32,000 nt of DNA from Desulfobulbus propionicus DSM 2032 (GTDB taxonomy: Bacteria > Desulfobacterota > Desulfobulbia > Desulfobulbales > Desulfobulbaceae): positions 1,500,001 to 1,532,000 of the forward strand of contig NC_014972.1 in assembly GCF_000186885.1 (NCBI RefSeq), given 5' to 3'. Both the position numbers and the translations under genes were made by a program. Shown piece by piece: positions 25,377-32,000 of the stretch. Positions within the stretch are counted from its first letter, which is position 1. The number at the start of each line of letters is the position of its first letter. Under the pieces are notes generated by a model. The model was not told the DNA's origin. It made no database searches and saw only the letters and a list, made by a program, of their open reading frames with translations.

Positions 25377-25425
25377 GGCCTCTCACGCCGGTAACAGGGG
25401 TTCGAGTCCCCTTGGGGTCACCAAG
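25377..25425. repeat. attR: displaced original 3' half of tRNA-Glu (49-bp repeat)
   Basis: Identical to 14438-14486. It is followed by the tRNA's own terminator at 25460-25497. Confidence 0.9.
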
Positions 25426-25459
25426 TATCTGGAAATACTTGGTGAAGCATTACACACGA

Positions 25460-25497
25460 CGCCTTGAGAGCAAATGCGCTTTCAAGGCGTTTTTTTT
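25460..25497 (+). terminator. Rho-independent terminator (native tRNA-Glu terminator)
   Basis: 12-bp stem CGCCTTGAGAGC/GCTTTCAAGGCG followed by T8. Confidence 0.8.
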
Positions 25498-25765
25498 CAG
25501 CACACAGTTAATTCGCGGGCGATTCTGCACCTGCTTGCACGAGATTTAGAACCGCGTTTTCTGCTCCTGTAAAGCCCCTTCAAAGTCGAAAACAGTTTTT
25601 CGATTTTTTCACCTTTCGCAACATTAGTGCGTTCACCACTGACCTGGTTTCTATTTCCTCTGGAAAAACAATGGTATCCCTCCGGCTTCAGACGGGTAGT
25701 ATCTGTTAGCCGCTCACTTACACATGCATGGCGACCATGGAGTATCGCCAAGGCCATCCCACCCG

Positions 25766-25921
25766 AAATACAAGATCGAATATCATTTTGGTTGGGTAGC
25801 TCAATACCGTGACCGAGTGTTGGTGAACGATCTTGCCCGCTGTGTTCGTGAACTTGTTCGCCAACCCTTTGAACGGCATGTGAGATTCTGTGAGGGGAGG
25901 ATCATGTCCTTTCGGTGTCCG
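25766..25921 (+). pseudogene. N-terminal relic of an IS200/IS605-type (Y1/HUH) TnpA transposase
   Basis: KYKIEYHFGWVAQYRDRVLVNDLARCVRELVRQPFERHVRFCEGRIMS parallels the IS200 TnpA pattern KYHIVFAPKYRR...ILR.LC....VRILEAE. The HUH-containing remainder is missing. A 7-bp hairpin plus T-run at 25586-25609 lies upstream. Confidence 0.4.
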
Positions 25922-25954
25922 CGCCTCTCTCTGCTCAGTGTTGCAACTCGTTGT

Positions 25955-27667
25955 TCAATCAATGAATTTCCCTTTTTTTTCCGGAAATTTATCGGCAAAA
26001 CTTCTTTCCGATTGAGCGGTGCCGATCATCAACAGTTCGTCGGCCGCGGTGAAGAGCTCGGACGGATCGGGGTTGATGTGCAGGCTGCCCTCACGGAACA
26101 CGGCAATGACACTGCAGCCGGTGGTCTCGCGGATACCGCTGGAAAGCAGGGTTTTGCCGACCAGCCCGGCGGGTACCCGACAACGGAAGATGTTCAGCCC
26201 CTCGGTGAGCATCAGCACCCGGTCCGGGGTGAGGATGTTGATGATGGTGTTGGCGGCCATGGAGGAGTGGGACATCACCAAGTCGGCTCCGGCCGCATGG
26301 AGCACGCTGATGTTCCGGTCCAGAGTGGCCCGGCTGATGATCTGGATATCCGGACGCAGGCGGCGGCAGTAGATGGTGAGATAGATATTGACGTCGTCGT
26401 TGTGGGTGGTGATGAACACCGAGGGGGCCTCGTTGATACCCGCCTTGATCAGCGTTTGATGGTCGGCGGCGCTGCCGATGACGCAGTTTTCCCGGTCCTT
26501 GCTGAGTCTCGGGTTCTTTTCCACGATCCGGTAGGCCATGCCCTGTTCCTTGAGGGTGCTGACCGCGGCCCTGCCCACCCGGCCGCCGCCGAGAATGAGG
26601 GCCGGTGCCGAATCCACTGCATCGGTCTCGCCAACGTAGGTACTGTAGGCGGCCAATTGTTCCTCGGACCCGGCCAGGACGAGTACGGTGCTCGATTCAA
26701 TCACCGTTTCCGGTCGCGGCAGGCTGAAATGGCCCCGGTTCCACAGGCCGACGATGTTGATGCCCGTGGACGGGCGCAGACCGGTTTCCCGAATGGCTTG
26801 TCCCACCAGCGGCGTACGCATGGCCGGGGCCTCGGCGATGACCAGATTTTCAAACCGGCCGATAATGTTGGACCGGGTGCGGGCGCCGAGGGTCCGCCGC
26901 GCCAGCGACTGGCCCAGCATGTTCATGAACTGAAATACATGGCTGCATCCGGCCAGGCTGAGGATATCCACCGAATCCTCCATGTCGGCGTTGGCCACGA
27001 TAGGCACATGGGGCGCGATTTCCCGTACCGTGTAGACGATGCTGGTGTTCTTCATGTCGTCATTCAGGGCCACCACCAGGGCCGCCTGCTCGACCTGGGC
27101 CCGGCGGTAGGTTTCCGAGTCATCCAGCTCCCCGACCAGCACCCTGTAGCCCTGGTCGACGAGGTCCAGGGCCTGCTGGACCTCCGGTTCAAGAATCACA
27201 TAGGCATGGCCGTACTGTTTGAGCCGCTCGATCAGGGCGATGGCGATCGGATCGTAACAGGTGATGATCACATGGTTGTCGACCTCGGGCGGCAGGAACC
27301 TCGGCACCCGTGACTTGTTCTGCGCCTCCAGCCAGGGGGCGTAAAAAAACTGGATGAAGGTAAAGGGCAGCATGACCAGCAAGAAAATGATCCCGGACAG
27401 CAGCACCACGATGGAAAATAACCGGCCCAGGTCGCTGTTGAAGGTGATGTCGCCAAATCCCAGGGTCGACATCACGGTCAAGGTCCAATAGAAGCCGGTG
27501 ATGATCGAAAAATCGCGGCCCTCATGGGCCATGATCACATGGAAGAGGTAGCTGTACACCACCACCAGAACAAAGAGGAACAGGGTGAACTCGGTCAGCG
27601 AACGGATGTTGCGCCGTGCCCGCCGATCCTGGAGGAGGAAGAGCAACTGGGAAGGAATGAATTTCAT
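25955..27667 (-). CDS. Potassium channel with two RCK (TrkA-N/TrkA-C) domains
   Basis: Start at MKFIPSQLLFLLQ. Two-TM pore with selectivity filter TLGFGD. Two Rossmann RCK modules (VIITCYDPIAIALIERL..., ALILGGGRVGRAAVSTL...). The 752-aa track ORF is an artificial 5' extension. Confidence 0.85.
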   Translation of the reverse strand: MKFIPSQLLFLLQDRRARRNIRSLTEFTLFLFVLVVVYSYLFHVIMAHEGRDFSIITGFYWTLTVMSTLGFGDITFNSDLGRLFSIVVLLSGIIFLLVMLPFTFIQFFYAPWLEAQNKSRVPRFLPPEVDNHVIITCYDPIAIALIERLKQYGHAYVILEPEVQQALDLVDQGYRVLVGELDDSETYRRAQVEQAALVVALNDDMKNTSIVYTVREIAPHVPIVANADMEDSVDILSLAGCSHVFQFMNMLGQSLARRTLGARTRSNIIGRFENLVIAEAPAMRTPLVGQAIRETGLRPSTGINIVGLWNRGHFSLPRPETVIESSTVLVLAGSEEQLAAYSTYVGETDAVDSAPALILGGGRVGRAAVSTLKEQGMAYRIVEKNPRLSKDRENCVIGSAADHQTLIKAGINEAPSVFITTHNDDVNIYLTIYCRRLRPDIQIISRATLDRNISVLHAAGADLVMSHSSMAANTIINILTPDRVLMLTEGLNIFRCRVPAGLVGKTLLSSGIRETTGCSVIAVFREGSLHINPDPSELFTAADELLMIGTAQSERSFADKFPEKKGKFID

Positions 27668-27753
27668 GATCGCTCCGCTTCGATCGGTGATGGATGGCCG
27701 GGAAGCGTTGCGGCCGCTCTGCCGGCGGGGAGGGAGCTCCCGACGTTCCGTAC

Positions 27754-28164
27754 CTACCGCAGAAACAGGTCGTTGTCCAGGACCAGGGCGCTCAGCGTGA
27801 CCATGCCGATAATCTGCCCGTTCTCCTCGACCGGCGCTCGCCGCATGCCCACCCGGTGCAGAAGGCGGGCAATGTATCGGATGTCCATGTCCGCCGGCAC
27901 GGTCATCACCGGTTTGGTCATGATCTCGTAAACATTGACCTCCTCGGCGCGCTTGCCCGGAATGAGCACTCCGTTGATAATATCCTGCACCGAGACAATA
28001 CCCCAGGCATCGTCGGCATGCCGTTTGTTGACCAACAGGCTGTGCACCCGTTCCGCGCGCATGGTGGCCGCGGCTTCCCGGACGGTGGCCATGCCGTCGA
28101 TGGTGATCAGCCGGGTGCTCATCACCTCCCTGACGCGGATGATGCTGTTTGTTTGTGTTTTCAT
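27754..28164 (-). CDS. CBS-domain pair protein
   Basis: Start at MKTQTNSIIRVREVMSTRLITIDGMATVREAAATM... Two CBS repeats (VMS..LITI...HSLLV, IMTKPVMTV...RRAPVEENGQIIGMVT). Confidence 0.8.
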   Translation of the reverse strand: MKTQTNSIIRVREVMSTRLITIDGMATVREAAATMRAERVHSLLVNKRHADDAWGIVSVQDIINGVLIPGKRAEEVNVYEIMTKPVMTVPADMDIRYIARLLHRVGMRRAPVEENGQIIGMVTLSALVLDNDLFLR

Positions 28165-28224
28165 ACCGGTTCCATGGGTTGAGGGAAAACAAGAAGGCGA
28201 CGCCACGGGGCAATCGCCCGGGAG

Positions 28225-28572
28225 CTAGAAATATTGTTCGCGGACTTCCTGCTTGAATCGCTCCAACTGGCTCTCCAGGCCGACCACCGATTCCACGGGC
28301 AGGACAAAGGCAATGCCGGTTCCCGGCTGGTCGAATTTGCCGGCCGCGGAAATGGCGGCCAGCACCTGGCGAACGATGTGCTCCTCGAGCAGCAGCATGA
28401 CGATATCGGTCGGCGCCTCCAGGGAGAGGCCGAAAAAGGTCTTGGCTTCGCGCATGCCGGTGCCGCGCGCCGGAATGATGGTGGCGCCGGTCGCCCCGGC
28501 AGCCTTGGCCGCCTCGACTACGGTGTCGGTGATATCGGTCTTGACCGAGGCGAGAATCACTTTAAATTTCAT
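28225..28572 (-). CDS. PII-like (GlnB superfamily) signal-transduction protein
   Basis: 115 aa: MKFKVILASVKTDITDTVVEAAKAAGATGATIIPARGTG...GTGIAFVLPVESVVGL, following the PII beta-alpha-beta layout. ATGA overlap with the upstream DUF1538 gene. Confidence 0.75.
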   Translation of the reverse strand: MKFKVILASVKTDITDTVVEAAKAAGATGATIIPARGTGMREAKTFFGLSLEAPTDIVMLLLEEHIVRQVLAAISAAGKFDQPGTGIAFVLPVESVVGLESQLERFKQEVREQYF

Positions 28573-29360
28573 GAGGTTGCTCCCTGTTGTTTTTTCTGGG
28601 CCCTGGTCAATGACCATCGGGCGTATTGCCCATACCCCAGGACTGTAATGATCGGAAAGAGACTGGCAAAGGCGATCAGGCCGAAGCCGTCGATCGCTGG
28701 ATTGCGCCCGGGAACGGCGGTGGCCAGGCCGAGGCCCAAGGCAGCGACAATGGGTACGGTCACGGTCGAGGTGGTGACTCCGCCGGAATCGTAGGCAATG
28801 GCCATGATCGCTTTCGGGGCAAAGCAGGTCTGGATCATGACAATGACATACCCCGCCAGGATGTAGAGATGCAACGGTGTACCGGTGACGATCCGGAAGG
28901 TTCCCAGGCTGATGCCGAGGGCCACGCCGAGGGCCACGGTCACCCGCAATCCCCAGGGGTTGATGCTGCCGCCAGACACATCGCGCGCTTTGAAGGCGAT
29001 GGCGATCAGCGAAGGTTCGGCAATGGTGGTGGAAAAACCGATCAGGGCGGCAAAACAATACATCCAACCGTAATTGGTCCAATCGGTAAGATTGACCGCT
29101 TCCGCCCCTCGCTGGAGAAAGCCAGGAGCCGCCAATTGGCCGGCCATGATCTTGCCCAGGGGGAACAGCGCCTTCTCCAGGCCAAGGAGAAAGAGGGTGA
29201 GGCCAATGATCACGTAGGCCGTGCCGACAAGGATGGAGGTGAGGTTGGGGATGCGCTGTTTGAGCACCAGTAGTTGAAAAAAACCGAACAGTAGGACGAT
29301 AGGCAGGATGTCGCGGCAGGTGAGAAGAAAGTCTTTGCCAAAAGCAATAATCCAGGGCAT
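28569..29360 (-). CDS. DUF1538 family membrane protein
   Basis: 263 aa, polytopic. Paralogous to the adjacent ORF: shared motifs LGLEKALFPLG / GLERALFPIG, AEP(S/A)LIA, AYD(S/A)GGVTTSTxTVP, and NPxxDGFGxIAFASL. Confidence 0.8.
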   Translation of the reverse strand: MPWIIAFGKDFLLTCRDILPIVLLFGFFQLLVLKQRIPNLTSILVGTAYVIIGLTLFLLGLEKALFPLGKIMAGQLAAPGFLQRGAEAVNLTDWTNYGWMYCFAALIGFSTTIAEPSLIAIAFKARDVSGGSINPWGLRVTVALGVALGISLGTFRIVTGTPLHLYILAGYVIVMIQTCFAPKAIMAIAYDSGGVTTSTVTVPIVAALGLGLATAVPGRNPAIDGFGLIAFASLFPIITVLGYGQYARWSLTRAQKKQQGATS

Positions 29361-29375
29361 GCGTTCCTCCCTTGG

Positions 29376-30134
29376 TTAAAAAACGATCAAGCCGTATCCC
29401 ATGACGAAAAGCATGGGTAGGAGCGAGGCAAAGGCAATCATGCCGAATCCGTCGGTGAGCGGATTGCGGCCCCGGATGATGGTGGCCAGGCCGACGCCCA
29501 GCGCGGTAACCAGGGGGACGGTGATGGTCGAGGTGGTCACGCCGCCCGCATCGTAGGCAATGCCGATGATTTCCTTGGGCGCGAACAGCGTCATCAGCAT
29601 GACCAGACAGTAGCCGCCGATGATCAGGTAATGGAGCGGCCAATTGCGCAGGATGCGCAGAACCCCGAGGAGAATGGAGAACCCCACGGAAAAGGCGACG
29701 GTGAGACGCAGCCCCAGGCTGTAGGCTTTCCTCGAATTGACGCTGTTTTCAATCAGCCCGCCTTCCATGGCGATATCCGCGGCCTCGGCGGAGACGGCGA
29801 TCAGCGCGGGTTCGGCCACGGTGGTCGAAAAACCAAGGGCAAAGCTGAAGATCAGCAGCCATGGCAGGCTGCCCTTGCGGCTCAGGGCAAAGGCCATGTT
29901 CTCGCCGATGGGAAAGAGTGCCCGTTCCAGTCCCTCGATGAACATGCTCAAGCCGACCACGACCAACATCGCACCGATCACAATCTCGTCAAAGTCGGGC
30001 AGAGGTTGGCGGACGATGAACAACTGGAAAAAGGCGATGACCGCGACGATGGGCGCCAGATCGACACAAGCGGACCAGTTTTTCTTCGCGACATAGTGCA
30101 GGTGTCTGACAAACGGATGATGAAAGCCTGGCAT
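29376..30134 (-). CDS. DUF1538 family membrane protein
   Basis: 252 aa. Paralogue of 28569-29360 and the first gene of the cluster. Confidence 0.8.
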   Translation of the reverse strand: MPGFHHPFVRHLHYVAKKNWSACVDLAPIVAVIAFFQLFIVRQPLPDFDEIVIGAMLVVVGLSMFIEGLERALFPIGENMAFALSRKGSLPWLLIFSFALGFSTTVAEPALIAVSAEAADIAMEGGLIENSVNSRKAYSLGLRLTVAFSVGFSILLGVLRILRNWPLHYLIIGGYCLVMLMTLFAPKEIIGIAYDAGGVTTSTITVPLVTALGVGLATIIRGRNPLTDGFGMIAFASLLPMLFVMGYGLIVF

Positions 30135-30201
30135 TCATGTGCTCCGTTGCGAGTGTCCGCCTGAAAAAGGCCGGCAGGGCGCAGGCGATGGGGAAACTTA
30201 T

Positions 30202-30221
30202 AATTTATGCTATCATAAATT
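30202..30221. promoter_or_regulatory. Perfect 8-4-8 palindrome AATTTATG-CTAT-CATAAATT upstream of the DUF1538 operon (candidate operator)
   Basis: An AT-rich dyad within a GC-rich leader, 68-87 nt upstream of the ATG at 30134. It overlaps TATAAT-like hexamers. Confidence 0.4.
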
Positions 30222-30277
30222 CGATTGTTTCTCCACCGTTGAAACAGTGGCCGGGGGTGCAACACCGACTGTGCAAC

Positions 30278-30312
30278 AAAAAAAAGCCGGGTCATTGACC
30301 CGGCTTTTTTTT
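30278..30312. terminator. Bidirectional rho-independent terminator
   Basis: A8-GCCGGGTCATTGACCCGGC-T8, located between the HdrA-like gene's 3' end and the DUF1538 operon promoter. Confidence 0.8.
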
Positions 30313-30332
30313 GTTCATGGATGGGGCTGTTC

Positions 30333-32000
30333 TTACAGTTTGCTGAGAATGTTCTGGGTTTCGGCGATTTCCTCGGCGGTCACGCTTTGCCGGATCTGTT
30401 CCATTCGTTTCATGGTTTCGGCAAAACGGATGCCCTCGGCGGCGCTGATCCACTCCAGTTGCAACCGTTCCGGACGGATGCCGATCTTTTCCATCTTCTT
30501 GTGGATGCGGGCCACCCGCTTCTCGGTCCAGTGGTTGGCGTCGATGTAATGGCAGTCGCCGATATGGCAGCCGCTGACCAGCACCACCGGCGCACCTTTG
30601 CGGAAGCCTTCCCAGATGAACTTCTCATCCACCCGGCCCGAACACATCACCCGTACCAGGTGCACGTTGGCCGGATACTGCAACCGCGAGACACCGGCAT
30701 AATCGGCGCCGGCATACGAGCACCAGTTGCAGGCAAAGGCGAGGATCTTCGACTCCGGCGCCGTATCGAGCATGGTGTCCACCTGACCAAGAATCTGGGT
30801 GTCGGTGAAGTGGTTCATGCTGATAGCGTCGAACCGGCATTCGGCCGAGCAGGTGCCGCAGCCGGCGCAGGCCGCCGAATTGACCACCGCCGGCTTCTTG
30901 TTCTTCACATCCACGGTGATCGCGCCATACGGACAGACCTCGGCGCACTTGCCGCAGGCCTTACACTTTTCGGCGATGATCGTCGAGGTGATTGGCTCGG
31001 TGGTGATCTCCCCTCTATGCATCACCCGAATCGCCCGCATGGCCGCAGCCGAGGCCTGGGTGACGCTGTCCTTAATGTCCTTGGGGCCCTCAGCGCAGCC
31101 GGCAAAGAAGATGCCACGGGTGGCGGCATCCACCGGCTGCAATTTGGGATGGGCTTCAAGGTAGAAACCGTCCGAGGTCAGCTGCAACCCCATGATCTCC
31201 TGCAAGCGCTGGGTCGAGGGCGCGGGTTTTATTCCCTGGGCCAGCACCAGCATGTCGAGGTCGTGAAATTCGAGTTTGCTAGTGGCAGCATTTTCCACCG
31301 CCACCCGCAGGCTGCCGTTATCAAGCTCCTCGACAGAGCCGGGCAGGCCGCGGATGTACTGGGCACCCATGCGGCGACTGCGGGTATAGAGATCTTCAAA
31401 CCCCTTGCCAAAGGCCCGGATGTCAATATAGAACACCTTGACCTCGACATCGGGATAATGCTCCTTGATGATGAAGGTCGATTTGATGGTGTTCATGCAG
31501 CAGATGTTGGAGCAGTAGTGGCCGCCCTTCTTGGCCGAGCGCGAGCCCACACACTGGATGAACCCAACCGATTTCGGGTGGTTTCTGTCCGAAGGCCGCA
31601 CCAGGGACCCTTTGGTCGGACCGCTGGCGTTGACCAACCGCTCGAATTCCAGGCTGGTCAGCACGTTGTCAAACCGGGTGTAACCGTACTCGTCCATTTC
31701 GGTCGGGTCGTAGGGCTGCAGGCCGGTGGCGACGATGATCGTGCCCACCTCCTCGATGATCTCCTCGTCCGACATGTGGAAATTGATGCAGCCCTTGGCG
31801 CAGACCTCGACGCATTTGGAGCACACCGCCGGGTTGTGGCCCAGGCACTCCTTGGCGTTGATCAGGTACGAGGAGGGCACCGCCTGAGGAAAGGGCGAGT
31901 AAATGGCCTTGCGCGATCCCAGCCCCATGTTGAACTCATCGGGCCGCACCACCGGGCAGACCTTGGCGCACTCACCGCAGGCCGTGCAGCTCGTCTCATC
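30333..32000 (-). CDS. HdrA-like FAD/FeS oxidoreductase fused to a C-terminal MvhD domain; the N-terminus lies beyond the right edge
   Basis: The frame is open to base 32000 (DETSCTACGECAKVCP ferredoxin motif precedes the track start). Further 4Fe-4S motifs CKACGKCAEVCP and CAGCGTCSAEC are present. MvhD-type tail: FACNWCSYAGADYAGVSRLQYPANVHLVRVMCSGRV...VSGCHIGDCHY. Confidence 0.85.
   Translation of the reverse strand, partial: DETSCTACGECAKVCPVVRPDEFNMGLGSRKAIYSPFPQAVPSSYLINAKECLGHNPAVCSKCVEVCAKGCINFHMSDEEIIEEVGTIIVATGLQPYDPTEMDEYGYTRFDNVLTSLEFERLVNASGPTKGSLVRPSDRNHPKSVGFIQCVGSRSAKKGGHYCSNICCMNTIKSTFIIKEHYPDVEVKVFYIDIRAFGKGFEDLYTRSRRMGAQYIRGLPGSVEELDNGSLRVAVENAATSKLEFHDLDMLVLAQGIKPAPSTQRLQEIMGLQLTSDGFYLEAHPKLQPVDAATRGIFFAGCAEGPKDIKDSVTQASAAAMRAIRVMHRGEITTEPITSTIIAEKCKACGKCAEVCPYGAITVDVKNKKPAVVNSAACAGCGTCSAECRFDAISMNHFTDTQILGQVDTMLDTAPESKILAFACNWCSYAGADYAGVSRLQYPANVHLVRVMCSGRVDEKFIWEGFRKGAPVVLVSGCHIGDCHYIDANHWTEKRVARIHKKMEKIGIRPERLQLEWISAAEGIRFAETMKRMEQIRQSVTAEEIAETQNILSKL

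Larger units (their letters stand above)
14438..25425. mobile_element. Integrated filamentous (inovirus-like) prophage / genomic island in tRNA-Glu, including an IS insertion and older relics
   Basis: Perfect 49-bp att repeats. Integrase lies next to the tRNA. There is an abrupt drop to AT-rich composition. The inovirus gene set is present in canonical order (see the individual features). Confidence 0.85.

Noticed and set aside
14438-25425. Search for CRISPR arrays, reverse transcriptases or known defence-system signatures in the island.
   Set aside because: No spaced repeat arrays were seen, and there are no RT, nuclease or NTPase genes other than Zot. All sizeable ORFs are accounted for by the phage, IS and TA-relic interpretations.
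25955-28213. 752-aa ORF suggesting a single large protein spanning the K+ channel and the CBS region.
   Set aside because: The N-terminal 180 or so residues are an Arg/Gly/His-rich out-of-frame read across the CBS gene. The channel begins at MKFIPSQ (27667). The CBS protein is the separate frame 27754-28164.
28225-29643. 472-aa ORF overlapping the PII-like and DUF1538 genes.
   Set aside because: Only its last 115 codons (from MKFKVIL, 28572) look like a real PII fold. The remainder is an alternate frame of the DUF1538 gene 28569-29360.
30333-32000. Calling the HdrA-MvhD fusion QmoB.
   Set aside because: The domain architecture is compatible. However, a bidirectional terminator rather than a qmoC-like membrane subunit follows the gene, and the upstream context is outside the window, so only the generic call is justified.

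Overview
GC-rich chromosomal segment with anaerobe-type gene content (HdrA-MvhD, DUF1538), which suggests a Desulfobacterota-like host; that host guess is low-confidence inference. An AT-rich island of about 10.9 kb interrupts it.

Left core:
- A tripartite RND efflux operon on the minus strand (OMF, MFP, and a partial RND pump).
- A divergent HlyD / fused double-ATPase ABC / ABC-2 permease operon (YhiI-RbbA-YhhJ architecture).
- A DUF47 plus PiT phosphate transporter pair.
- A signal-peptide-bearing Pcm, translationally coupled to an 817-aa membrane spermidine-synthase-like protein.

Island (14438-25425): it sits in tRNA-Glu(CUC) and is bounded by perfect 49-bp direct repeats of the tRNA 3' half. 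I read it as an integrated filamentous (inovirus-like) prophage. On the minus strand it carries a tyrosine integrase, Xis, a Rep_trans rolling-circle initiator, a Zot/pI ATPase, a pVI-like gene split by an IS5-family element, a pIII-like adsorption protein, a 47-aa leaderless coat protein and several other sub-60-aa membrane ORFs that are absent from the ORF track. A divergent XRE repressor lies on the plus strand. The island's right end is a mosaic of relics: a degenerate second att copy, a 3' fragment of a foreign tRNA with its terminator, a truncated toxin stub and an intact orphan HigA-type antitoxin.

Right core: an IS200-like TnpA relic, an RCK-gated K+ channel, a CBS-pair protein, a PII-like protein, two DUF1538 membrane proteins, and a partial HdrA-MvhD fusion.

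Many long ORFs in the supplied track are antisense or shadow frames of the GC-rich genes and were not called.
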